Virus record (IMG/VR): IMGVR_UViG_3300028832_000134
Span: 6,086-70,085 of that record
Direction: 5' to 3' (one strand)
DNA: 64,000 nt
From: a virus
Taxonomy: Duplodnaviria; Caudoviricetes
The first letter of the stretch is position 1. Each line of letters opens with the position of its first letter. The translations under genes and the position numbers were made by a program. This document shows, piece after piece, positions 39,395-49,074 of the stretch. Below the pieces are notes generated by a model. The model did not search any database. It was not told the origin of the DNA and saw only the letters and a list, made by a program, of their open reading frames with translations.

Positions 39395-40254
39395 TCCTTC
39401 ACCTCATCTGCTCTGTAATGTTTGATCGCTTCAACAGAGACGATGCGATTGAGCAGATTGAACTGATCCGCAGTGATCTGATAGCGCAGCTGCGGGCTCT
39501 TCTGCTTGTTGTGGATGAAGCAGTAGATGCATTTGCAGCAGTACTTGATGAGATCGTCCTCATGAGAGTTGTTGCGCGGTTCGCCGTACCAGTACCGGAA
39601 GTTGACTGCGGCACGGAAATTGTAGTTGCCTTGACTCAGCTCAGCATGCGTAGCCATCTTATCGAAGTTGAGGACATCCTCCAAAGACTCTCCAGCAGCT
39701 ACGGCAAACATGAGCGCAGCAAAGTAAGAAGACGACCGGATAGGAGAATGCTTGTGGACAACTAGATAGTGAAGGCCATGGACCAAGTTGTCGTTCTGAC
39801 GAAGCAGGTCGTACAACTCTGTGGGGCTGAACTTCGTCTTCTGAGGAAGGTTGTGCGAGATGCGATACATCATCCGCATAGCAGAGATGACGATCTTGGA
39901 AGTGTATGCATTGTCCGCCGTCAGGAAGCCGATGCTATCACTTGCGGTTCGCGCAAGGCCGGTATCAATCATCGGCAGACACTCTTCCGGAAGGTTGTAC
40001 CACACCATCATAGGAACAGTACACTTAGACTGAATGACCGCGCGAAGACGATGCTGACCGTCAATCAGCCGGCCTTCTGTATTGAATGCGATACCTTGGT
40101 GAGTCAGCCGCCAGTTGCCATTCATCATGTCGCGTGCGAACTTGCTGACTTCGACAGCACGAACAGGACGGTTGTTGGCGACATTCTTCTCAAGCCACTC
40201 AGCTGCCATCTCCGGAGTGACATTGACCACTTCATTGTGAAATTCGAAGTTCAT
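39391..40254 (-). CDS. ParB-like N-terminal domain protein
   Basis: VTPEMAAEWL..NRP..GRLIDGQHRLRAV. Confidence 0.7.
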   Translation of the reverse strand: MNFEFHNEVVNVTPEMAAEWLEKNVANNRPVRAVEVSKFARDMMNGNWRLTHQGIAFNTEGRLIDGQHRLRAVIQSKCTVPMMVWYNLPEECLPMIDTGLARTASDSIGFLTADNAYTSKIVISAMRMMYRISHNLPQKTKFSPTELYDLLRQNDNLVHGLHYLVVHKHSPIRSSSYFAALMFAVAAGESLEDVLNFDKMATHAELSQGNYNFRAAVNFRYWYGEPRNNSHEDDLIKYCCKCIYCFIHNKQKSPQLRYQITADQFNLLNRIVSVEAIKHYRADEVKE

Positions 40255-40435
40255 TGATTTTTATCTCCTTATTTGTTTTGATATGTAAGAACATGTCCTA
40301 CATCTACTATAACGATTCATACAACAATGACCGCCTATCGCAATCCAGCTCCCCGTACTGGACATTGATAGACGGCCACCGTTTTATGTGAAAGGAGGTC
40401 ACATGGCTGATAGAGCAATTGCGGCCATTCCTCTA

Positions 40436-40819
40436 TCAGAAAAGGAAGTCAAAATCTTTGTATGCTTTTGAAACTCGTTTCACTACTTTTGCAAATATCA
40501 TATCTTTAGCTGCTTCTAGATCTTGGAGTTTCTCTGGTGGATATACATCGCAGCCAAGTGTCTTCTCCATAGGAGTTCTCTCTATGATGTTTACACGAAT
40601 CTTATTTTGATAAGTGGTGAGATTTAGGTTGATTGTCAGTTCATGAACATCGTTTTCTTCTGGTGTGTTGCTAGGACTTTGATCCTCAGGACGAAGTTGA
40701 TAAAGGAGGGTGAAGTAAACATCGCACATGTTAGATGAAGTAATGTATTTGAATGCACCATCCAAATGTTTGTATAGATATGTGCCGAGAATGTTTACTA
40801 GTTTATTGGCAGAAATCAT
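40436..40819 (-). CDS. Hypothetical protein
   Basis: SD AAGGTG. Confidence 0.6.
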   Translation of the reverse strand: MISANKLVNILGTYLYKHLDGAFKYITSSNMCDVYFTLLYQLRPEDQSPSNTPEENDVHELTINLNLTTYQNKIRVNIIERTPMEKTLGCDVYPPEKLQDLEAAKDMIFAKVVKRVSKAYKDFDFLF

Positions 40820-40830
40820 GATACATCACC

Positions 40831-42897
40831 TTAGGAGAGGTTTATGGTAACTTGCCGTGTAGTACCATCAACAAGCTCTGCGGTGGCAGTAATAGTTCCT
40901 GTGTTGGGCCAGTTATCTTGACCGCCAAGACGTTCTGTTATTCCAACTGCGCCAGTTACTGCACAAGAAGAGAACGAACCGGAAGCAGAATAAGGAGCAC
41001 TAGCTCCACCAATCAGATCAGATCGACCGTACACTACACCATATATCTTAGGTGAACCTGAACTTGCTATTGAATTAAATTTCACAATTGTATCAGCAAT
41101 TCCAGCAGAATTGATCGCTGAGATAATTCCTTTGATACGAATGTAGGCCATGATGTCTGTATGAACCCAACAGCTGGCACCCCAAACACCTTGATCCGCA
41201 TTTCGTAGCATTGATCTACCACCGCTAGCGATCATTATGCTGTTAGAACCTGTGTTAGCACTGCCCTTTCGCAGAGACAAGATGACATTCAGTAGCGTGC
41301 AGATATTAGTTCTATCATCAAGAACAAATACTTGATACCACTGGTCACAATTGGCGCCAAATTGGAAACCGTCATTCTTGATCATGGTCAATGTGGCTAA
41401 CATGTTCAATGTGTGCGTATATGTGGACTCTGAATCAGTTCCGTTGTTGTATGTAGACATGTAACCGAAGAGATCAAGTTTCATGTCTTTGAACATCGGC
41501 TTATTGCCAGTTACTGTAGATCCATTGAGCAACCGACAGTGTCCTTTGAAGGTGTTGTCAGAACCGAGGGCAGTTGCTGACGGAATCAAGTTCAACTGGA
41601 ACTTAGAAATCTCGTCATCGGAAAAGACATAATCACCGAGCGTGATATTGTTATTCTCTACATTGATGACGTATTGGCCGCTGCTTGCATCGCTCAGGCT
41701 GTTGCTAAGCTGACGCAAGAATGATGTCAACGCATCGATTCTACCATGGACCGTATAACCCGGAACAATTGCAGGATACAGATTATGCAGAGCTGGGATC
41801 AGATCAGACCACTTGATGTAACCATCTAATGAATTCGCGTTTACTGTGTATGTCTCATCAAGCTTAGAAATGTTACTGCGTGACTTCATTGACAGACCAA
41901 ACACAGGATCGTCTGGCTGCCCGTCTACATGCGGCATCACTTTGATGATAGCATCTTCAACAGTTTCAGTAGAACCATGAAGCCCGGATACCGTTACATC
42001 TTCATAAGAAACAGTAGTAACTGACATTCCCTCGATCTTATCTTCAATCTCGTCTAGACGCTGGTTGGCCCAATACATAGAATACGAGGGAGTTACAAAC
42101 ACGATCTTAGATGCCCAAGGGAACGTAGCAGGCCCTAAGAAATCTTGATCTAACGGATTGGGTGTACCTGATGCAGTAGGTGAAGGGTCTACTAAGCTGG
42201 TTCCTACTTCGCCAGCAACGACAGAGCGATTAGTCCAGCCGATCAAAAGGATCTCAACATCTTCATCGAAATCAGCTTTTGAATCGACAGCAATCTTCAA
42301 ACGAATACCAGGAGACTTCTTCAGATCAGGCTGTAAGAAGTATGAAGGAGAACCTCCGCTGGCATTTGGATTCTCGACCCAAGTACCTGGTTGAATTACT
42401 ACGCCATCAATGATCTTAGCATACAGCTCCGCCTTGTGCTTCATCGCATCTAGTGCAGTCGATTGGGCTGTAATCGGAACTGAGTTTATCGAAGAGTAAG
42501 CACCAGTAGGATGCTCAGATTGCGTGTTAGGGATCAAGTCACCATAACTGGCAATAGATGTTGCAATTCTCGGGAAACTATTGATAGTGTAGTTTCCATG
42601 TCCTGCAAACAGATGCGCAGTAATTGTATTTGCCGCGCACAGCCGCGTCATGTATGCATTAGTATTTGGAAGATTCATATCTAAGTAGAACCATCCAGTG
42701 TTATGCGCTACTGCGTTAGAGATACCTGCCGGGATCTTCAGCAGAACAGCAGATCCGCCATCAAGCATTGAAGCAAGCCATTCGCGTTCGCTTGCAGGCT
42801 CAATGCTACTTCCTAGTTCGGACAAGTGCTGCCGAATGTAGGTCTCATAAGCGCTGAAACCAACTACTCTACCTTCGTTGTAAATGATATCTGTCAC
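40831..42897 (-). CDS. Putative virion/tail-associated protein
   Basis: 688 aa, S/T/G/N-rich, in a putative late cluster. Confidence 0.55.
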   Translation of the reverse strand: MTDIIYNEGRVVGFSAYETYIRQHLSELGSSIEPASEREWLASMLDGGSAVLLKIPAGISNAVAHNTGWFYLDMNLPNTNAYMTRLCAANTITAHLFAGHGNYTINSFPRIATSIASYGDLIPNTQSEHPTGAYSSINSVPITAQSTALDAMKHKAELYAKIIDGVVIQPGTWVENPNASGGSPSYFLQPDLKKSPGIRLKIAVDSKADFDEDVEILLIGWTNRSVVAGEVGTSLVDPSPTASGTPNPLDQDFLGPATFPWASKIVFVTPSYSMYWANQRLDEIEDKIEGMSVTTVSYEDVTVSGLHGSTETVEDAIIKVMPHVDGQPDDPVFGLSMKSRSNISKLDETYTVNANSLDGYIKWSDLIPALHNLYPAIVPGYTVHGRIDALTSFLRQLSNSLSDASSGQYVINVENNNITLGDYVFSDDEISKFQLNLIPSATALGSDNTFKGHCRLLNGSTVTGNKPMFKDMKLDLFGYMSTYNNGTDSESTYTHTLNMLATLTMIKNDGFQFGANCDQWYQVFVLDDRTNICTLLNVILSLRKGSANTGSNSIMIASGGRSMLRNADQGVWGASCWVHTDIMAYIRIKGIISAINSAGIADTIVKFNSIASSGSPKIYGVVYGRSDLIGGASAPYSASGSFSSCAVTGAVGITERLGGQDNWPNTGTITATAELVDGTTRQVTINLS

Positions 42898-42901
42898 CTA
42901 G

Positions 42902-43981
42902 TTACACCTCACTCAATACGGTATTGTTCAATGATGTATTCATGACAACAGGTGTGTTGTTAACATCAGTACGGACAATCAACGATCCGACAATCACATT
43001 GTCCTCGAATACGCAGTAGCTACTCCACGGATCCAAGAAATCAACAATTATCTCTGTCAAGTTGTTCGATGGATCTGTGAATCGGAATGTATTACCTGTG
43101 ATAATGATTGGAATCATCTCAAACTCAGATTTCATAAATGGTTTGGTGGTTGCTGTGGTTGTATCCACAAACATCACTGAGGAGTCGATGAGTTTGAACG
43201 GACTGGCGGACGAAACTACAATTGTTGATGTTGTTCCATAGGCGCCATAACCGTGTTGGAGAGCACATCGAATCAATTCGACTTGCTGTATTGTGTAGAT
43301 GTCGAAGATGAATCCGCACACAGCAGTTGTATCGAGTCCAATGATCTGAACTTTACCACCAGCGTGTGACGCTGATCCACGATACGATATCTCAAACATG
43401 CAGCCAGAATATGGATCGTCAGCAGTGACTGTTGCTGCGGAGAAGTCTAGTGTCAAGCTCTGATCCGGATTTGAAGCTAAGAGCGATAGCCCTAAGTTGG
43501 AACCGAAGTTCAATTCTCCGACGATCTTGATTGTCCCATACTGTCTATTTGAACTGTAGAAATCAGCGATAGCTGTGTTGATCCTGGAAACATCAGATGC
43601 GACTCCCGTACACGACATCACTGAGTAAGGTTCTACCCAGGTCTGATTTCGCCTCACATAATCATGAGAATCGTTGGGGACATCATCTTCGATCACATTT
43701 CCTGCAATTCGGATCCACTCTGTGTGTAGTTCATTAGGCACATATACACCAGGGCTGTAAGATCCATCCACTGCAGTCAGCAGGTAAATTGCCGGAGAGG
43801 CCTCAACAATATCAATAAGCGGAGGCAGTGTTGTTGTCTGTACTAGGCCACCGACATGCCAGCGCGTGTTGTCATGATCGTAGTAGTATCCCGGCGCATC
43901 TCGAAGGGCAATAACTTGACCGTTCTTGACCGCTACATTAGACAGATTATATGCACTTGTAGTTATGAATACAACATCCAT
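42902..43981 (-). CDS. Putative tail fibre/beta-helix protein
   Basis: DVPNDSHDYVRRNQTW linker then beta-helix-like repeats (IITGNTF, VFEDNVI). Confidence 0.55.
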   Translation of the reverse strand: MDVVFITTSAYNLSNVAVKNGQVIALRDAPGYYYDHDNTRWHVGGLVQTTTLPPLIDIVEASPAIYLLTAVDGSYSPGVYVPNELHTEWIRIAGNVIEDDVPNDSHDYVRRNQTWVEPYSVMSCTGVASDVSRINTAIADFYSSNRQYGTIKIVGELNFGSNLGLSLLASNPDQSLTLDFSAATVTADDPYSGCMFEISYRGSASHAGGKVQIIGLDTTAVCGFIFDIYTIQQVELIRCALQHGYGAYGTTSTIVVSSASPFKLIDSSVMFVDTTTATTKPFMKSEFEMIPIIITGNTFRFTDPSNNLTEIIVDFLDPWSSYCVFEDNVIVGSLIVRTDVNNTPVVMNTSLNNTVLSEV

Positions 43982-44019
43982 AGTCGAATCTCCTTGGATG
44001 ATTATTTAGCAGAAAGATG

Positions 44020-44580
44020 CTAAGATGATTGCTGAGCTTCGCAGGTGTCGGAACGAGCTAACATAGTTCCTGTAGACATTACAATCAAGTATTGGAGATC
44101 TTCTAGATCTTCACCCATGTATCCGATCTCAGTTACTTTGGCGATACATCCATTTGTTCCGACAACTACATCATTCACTTGAATGAATTCAGGGAAGATA
44201 GAAGGTTCACCGAATGTTTGTGCTACACCTGAATTGACTGCAATGATACCATCAATTGTGTGAATTGTAGCTCCTGCGAAGTTTGGATTTGGAACTGCCG
44301 GACCAGGAGTTACTGGGGTAGGATAGCAAGGACACGTTACTGGATGACCATCGCACAACACAACTAGTGTACTAAGTACAGGTTCTGTGATAGATGCAAT
44401 GTGACCATCAGATACGCGCGTCATGTACCACCCGGCCATCATTGTATAGGATCCAGGAATTTCTAGATGATACCACCCAAAATGAACTATCCAGCGTTCG
44501 GATGGATCTTCGGGAGTAGTTACGGCTGTGCCTTCTTGGATCATCTGACCAGCACCATTGAAAGTATAAAGTTTCTCCAT
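44020..44580 (-). CDS. Hypothetical protein, paralog of 44593-44841
   Basis: Shared W.vH.GWY...GWY.T motif. Confidence 0.6.
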   Translation of the reverse strand: MEKLYTFNGAGQMIQEGTAVTTPEDPSERWIVHFGWYHLEIPGSYTMMAGWYMTRVSDGHIASITEPVLSTLVVLCDGHPVTCPCYPTPVTPGPAVPNPNFAGATIHTIDGIIAVNSGVAQTFGEPSIFPEFIQVNDVVVGTNGCIAKVTEIGYMGEDLEDLQYLIVMSTGTMLARSDTCEAQQSS

Positions 44581-44592
44581 CGTGTCACTCCT

Positions 44593-44841
44593 TTATTCTA
44601 CCATGTAGATATCGTCAAGATCAATCAACTGGAGCGACCGAGTGATTGTTCCATCAGCTGAAGTCAAGTACCATCCACATATCGCTCGATTGCCATCAAA
44701 TGAGTACCACCCATGATGTAAAGTCCAAGTCTCAGTTTCAAACCGATCCAATCGAACTCGACTCCCTGGAACTAAAGTAATACCTAATTCAGGAATACTT
44801 ATGGATAAACAGGTACAATTACTCATATAGAACCGCCCCAC
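44593..44841 (-). CDS. Hypothetical protein
   Basis: WTLHHGWY...CGWYLT; follows an AACCTTGTATA motif. Confidence 0.6.
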   Translation of the reverse strand: MGRFYMSNCTCLSISIPELGITLVPGSRVRLDRFETETWTLHHGWYSFDGNRAICGWYLTSADGTITRSLQLIDLDDIYMVE

Positions 44842-45304
44842 AACTTTGTTTCATCTGTATACAAGGTTGTGAGGCGGTGTTTATTTAGTTTCGTTGGACT
44901 GTTTCTGGAGTTTTCGCATGTAGCGACCAAGCACAGCCATCATGTGTCTACGCTGTTTGACAGTCATTGCTTCTGGACAGCACTCCATGTGGAAGTCTCC
45001 AATATCTACAATCAGCGTCGGATTCTTGCCCGCACAATACTCACAGACATATTTTCCTGTTTCAAGGTGAATCATACTACTTTTAGGATATAGACCGCGG
45101 CATCTGCTACAGTAACTAAAGGTCATTCGTCCTCCTCAGTACTATCACTAGTATATACACGATACCTGGTCGTCTCAACACTAGTAGAGGTTGATGACGA
45201 ATAAGTATTTGATTGGTACTTAGGATTGATGCAAGCTGTCGTTCTACAGTAGCCTAACTCATTTCGGTTACTACAGTCCCAGTAAGGGCATTTACCTCCA
45301 TAGT

Positions 45305-45613
45305 TCACTGTTGTTCATCCTCCTTTGGATCCGGCGAGAATTGGTGCAGCACTTCCGACATCCATTTATGCAGATCATTGTTAAAGAGCTTTGCATACTT
45401 ATTATAGCTTTCAAGCTCTCCGTGTTCTAGTGCTATGCGCATGAGAACATATTCTATCTCTAGATATTCAGGAATTACTAGAGTTACATCTTTTCCATGA
45501 TTTTCAATCTTAATTGCACTTTCTAGAGAACTCAACCATCGATCTTTTTCTTCTAAACTTATGCTATTAGGTTTCAACTCATCTGCGGATCTGATTGCAG
45601 CTTCTCGACTCAT
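45305..45613 (-). CDS. Hypothetical phage protein
   Basis: SD GGAGGTG. Confidence 0.6.
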   Translation of the reverse strand: MSREAAIRSADELKPNSISLEEKDRWLSSLESAIKIENHGKDVTLVIPEYLEIEYVLMRIALEHGELESYNKYAKLFNNDLHKWMSEVLHQFSPDPKEDEQQ

Positions 45614-45781
45614 CTTATCACCTCCGTAGTTACGTCGATACTACTTTCATATCTGCCCTGCAGTATGGCGGCATTGAGCATCGTTCTATTGTGTCATGTC
45701 TCCATCAAATACTTTATCAATGCTAAGATTGCAAGAACATAAACAACAACACGAAAGACATCTATCATACAGTTGTAAACT

Positions 45782-46168
45782 TCAGTCATCATTGCATACC
45801 TCTTCTGGAAGATAGCCGTTTTGAGCAAAGAACAGCAACTTTTCTGCAAGTTCTGCTGCTTGCGTTCTATTGAGATGCATCCGAGACTGGATCACTGCTT
45901 CTTTCGGGATCGGAAAGTCACACCAGCCGTTTTCATTTGTTTCTGGATCGTTCTTATCCAATGTCAGGCCGTTCGCTACAGCATCCTTATACATGATTCT
46001 AACTTTTGGGCAATCAACTCCAAGCCATATGTGCGGAACCCATGCAGAACTTTCTTGTAAAGAACAATCTACATCGTAATCATCTTTGAAATGTTGTAGT
46101 TCAACCCTCTGTTTGTTTTCATCCGGGTACCTCGTTGTCAGCTTCAATGACAGTATCAGCAGCATCAA
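45782..46168 (-). CDS. Hypothetical protein
   Basis: Packed in operon. Confidence 0.5.
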   Translation of the reverse strand: MMLLILSLKLTTRYPDENKQRVELQHFKDDYDVDCSLQESSAWVPHIWLGVDCPKVRIMYKDAVANGLTLDKNDPETNENGWCDFPIPKEAVIQSRMHLNRTQAAELAEKLLFFAQNGYLPEEVCNDD

Positions 46169-46400
46169 TCACAGTCAATGCCCACGCATCTTCATAGCTT
46201 CTACCCGGCCGTCTTTCGTCAATTTCCTGTCTCACTTTATCCGCATCAATGCACCGACCGTGCGGAGGAAGGAAAACAGCATTGCCCTGCCTTCCACCAC
46301 CATGATCTGGTTTTATGTTGTAGACTGTTCCATCAGGATGGATGCAGAGCCACAGACTTTTATCTTTTGGCATCTCCATACCATTCACTAGTATGCTCAT
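46119..46400 (-). CDS. Hypothetical protein
   Basis: Coupled to the ligase stop. Confidence 0.55.
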   Translation of the reverse strand: MSILVNGMEMPKDKSLWLCIHPDGTVYNIKPDHGGGRQGNAVFLPPHGRCIDADKVRQEIDERRPGRSYEDAWALTVIDAADTVIEADNEVPG

Positions 46401-48301
46401 CCTAGTACCTCCATGTACTTTGCTCTGAATTCAGCTTCGGTGATTTTAGGGATGCCGAGTTTATCAGCTTTTCGATTCTTCTCAGATCCAGAATTTGGAT
46501 CATCTGTGATAAGATATGCTACACCTGATTTGATCTCTGAGATAACAAATCCATACTTGCGGAGCTCTGCGTCGAAATCGGATCTACGGACTGACAGTTT
46601 ACCAGTTATAGCGACAGGAGTGTACTGAATCAATGTCATCCCAACATCTACAAGACGATGTGAAATGAAATTCAACCTCTCTAACTTCACTGGATTGTTT
46701 TGAACAGACTCCGCGTTAGCTTTCCCGATAGCATCAGCTACTTCGTAGAAATTTCTGCGATCTAGAATATGATCAATAACCTGAGGCCATGTCATACCTT
46801 TGCCTCGAAGTGTGACAAAATACTGGTTCAACTTAGCTGCGTTCATGTCTGCAATTCTTGGAATATTAAGACACTGAATTGCCGAGACAGGACCCACCGG
46901 ATCATCGCTGTACAGTTTCTGTAACATTGTGTTACACATTGTATCTTGGACACCCGCAGGATCTTGGATAAGCGGCCGATCAGTCATCAGCTTTTCAATA
47001 CTAACATCTGGGCGTAACAGCTGCTTGAAATATTTAGTTCTAAGCGTATCACCAAATCCATCAATTGGAGCAAGAACATCAGACCAAACGAGCAAGTCTT
47101 GCAATTTAGCATTGCTACAATTTTCATTAGGACAAACAAGATGAACACCTTGCCAGTCTAGCTCTGTATAGCAACACGGGCATCTATAAGGAACCTGATA
47201 GAATTCTGAAGGCACAAGCACTTCATTTATATTAGGAATTATTTCTCCGTGTTTCTCTACAGAAACTACTGCACCGGGGCCAATGCGGTTGTTGAGGATA
47301 TACTCTGCGTTGTAACCCGTTGCCCAGCTTACGTCGGTTCCTGAAATATGAACTGTTTTCAGACTAACTCTAGGAACAAGTAACCGATTCTTTGTTAAGT
47401 TCCATTCCACATGATCTACTTCCGTCACCGCTACTTCTGCAGGAAACTTATATGCTTGTTCAGTATATGTGACCTCTCCTGTAGATGAATTCCATCCGAT
47501 GTCAAACAACTTCATAACAAGCCCGTCAGTAGGTAATGCGTTGCCGTTCAAGATTTCTGACAATTCTTTGAAATTATCACAACTGTTTAGAACGCCTCCA
47601 GCGTGAGGAGCTGTAAACATGAAATTATCTTGAAGCCATACATTCATAGTAGGCATGGACATAGGCGGTTTAGACTGTGAGCCTACAATCTTGTAAACTA
47701 CAATTGTAAGGTATTTGAGATCGTCTCGAACTTCATTTGCATTCAGTAGACCTGCAGTAGCGTTTCTTGAGTTCTTAGCTTCTGGATGCAGCGCTTTGAA
47801 CTTATCCCAATCAGAATTCAGCATAAGAATTTCGCCACGAACTGCTCCAGTGAAGGTTTTGTCTTTCAGATGGATCTGATGCTCTTCGACAACATGAAGT
47901 ATCTTATCAGTTACATCAATTCCAGTTACGCCGTCTCCACGAGTCACAGCTCGGACTAATACGCCTTGTTTGTAATACAAGACCATAGAAAGTCCGTCAA
48001 GTTTCAACGATATATCAACGTTCTTTCCTTTGAGGACTTTGTTGATTTCCTCCCAACTATGGGCCTTATCTAACGATCCTACTAGCCCATAAGTGTGTTG
48101 AAACTTTTCACCTGGAGTACTATCTTGGCCGACCTCATATCCCCAACCGACCTGTGACACTTCTGCTGCATCCGGGTTGTGCTCCTTGAGCAGTTTCTGT
48201 GCAGCGTCAAACACTTCATCCGACATTGTTTGCTTGCCGGTGGTGTAGTACTCCTGCGACGCTTCTTTGAGCCGTGCTGCTAAGATGTTAAACTGTGCCA
48301 T
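46397..48301 (-). CDS. ligA: NAD+-dependent DNA ligase
   Basis: KLDG, AVTRGDG, RGEI, NSRNATAG, DGLV, AYKF, GEIIP, C4 zinc finger, C-terminal BRCT (TGK...K.RKADKLGIPKITE). Confidence 0.95.
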   Translation of the reverse strand: MAQFNILAARLKEASQEYYTTGKQTMSDEVFDAAQKLLKEHNPDAAEVSQVGWGYEVGQDSTPGEKFQHTYGLVGSLDKAHSWEEINKVLKGKNVDISLKLDGLSMVLYYKQGVLVRAVTRGDGVTGIDVTDKILHVVEEHQIHLKDKTFTGAVRGEILMLNSDWDKFKALHPEAKNSRNATAGLLNANEVRDDLKYLTIVVYKIVGSQSKPPMSMPTMNVWLQDNFMFTAPHAGGVLNSCDNFKELSEILNGNALPTDGLVMKLFDIGWNSSTGEVTYTEQAYKFPAEVAVTEVDHVEWNLTKNRLLVPRVSLKTVHISGTDVSWATGYNAEYILNNRIGPGAVVSVEKHGEIIPNINEVLVPSEFYQVPYRCPCCYTELDWQGVHLVCPNENCSNAKLQDLLVWSDVLAPIDGFGDTLRTKYFKQLLRPDVSIEKLMTDRPLIQDPAGVQDTMCNTMLQKLYSDDPVGPVSAIQCLNIPRIADMNAAKLNQYFVTLRGKGMTWPQVIDHILDRRNFYEVADAIGKANAESVQNNPVKLERLNFISHRLVDVGMTLIQYTPVAITGKLSVRRSDFDAELRKYGFVISEIKSGVAYLITDDPNSGSEKNRKADKLGIPKITEAEFRAKYMEVLG

Positions 48302-48310
48302 TATGTCACC

Positions 48311-48601
48311 TCACTGAATCAACTTGTTTCGATGCAAGTAAGTTAGCATGGTTTCTTGATACCCTGTGATTACGTTCTCAAACAAGAAGTGATCTAGTTT
48401 CATACGACCAATGAATTTGGAGTGAAGATCATACACATCTCCGTAGACATCGTCATTGCTATCTTTGTGTATTGATTCTACTGATACTAAGTACATCCTA
48501 CCAATTTCGATTTGTTTAGGCAAGCTCGTGCTGGCTGTCTTGCATCTTGCAAAGATGATCTCCATGGCTGACTCCTCCTTACTCAATGTAGAAACTCTCA
48601 C
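48311..48601 (-). CDS. Hypothetical protein, tandem paralog B
   Basis: Aligns end-to-end with 48579-48845. Confidence 0.65.
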   Translation of the reverse strand: MRVSTLSKEESAMEIIFARCKTASTSLPKQIEIGRMYLVSVESIHKDSNDDVYGDVYDLHSKFIGRMKLDHFLFENVITGYQETMLTYLHRNKLIQ

Positions 48602-48845
48602 GAAGCCGGGCCAGGAGATCTTCTGTTTGTTTTGTCACTACATCTTCGAACTGAAAATGCGTAACAAGCATGTTGCCGACAAATCGCTCATCCTTAGTGT
48701 AGATGTTTGCATATACTTCGTCTTTTTTGACCTGCCAGATAGAATCGAGCGACAGCAGATAGCTCTCACCTACTTGAACTTGATCCGGCATGCTATCTCG
48801 AATAGAGATACATTTCACAGGAATAGAATTCAGATAAGTACTCAT
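48579..48845 (-). CDS. Hypothetical protein, tandem paralog A
   Basis: Start set at MSTYLN after GGAGGT. Confidence 0.65.
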   Translation of the reverse strand: MSTYLNSIPVKCISIRDSMPDQVQVGESYLLSLDSIWQVKKDEVYANIYTKDERFVGNMLVTHFQFEDVVTKQTEDLLARLRESFYIE

Positions 48846-48996
48846 TTTGATACCTCCGATGATCGTTGATTTGTGTTGAATCATGTACAATAACGATTCT
48901 ACAACAAAGAAATGCCGCCTATGTGTGGCGGCACATAGGCGGCGGCGCAGAAAGGAACGGAACAGTACAGCACATGGGAGGGCATCGTGTGTACCC

Positions 48997-49072
48997 TGGA
49001 GCAGGAGACGGGACTCGAACCCGCGGCAGTCTGCTTGGAGGGCAGATACTCTACCATCTGAGTTACTCCTGC
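48997..49072 (-). tRNA. tRNA-Gly(UCC)
   Basis: Full cloverleaf, encoded CCA. Confidence 0.95.
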
Positions 49073-49074
49073 AT

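Noticed and set aside
45620-45790. Small ORFs and a zinc-ribbon remnant (RCSMPPYCRADMK)
   Set aside because: Short and fragmentary, probably decayed; no supportable call
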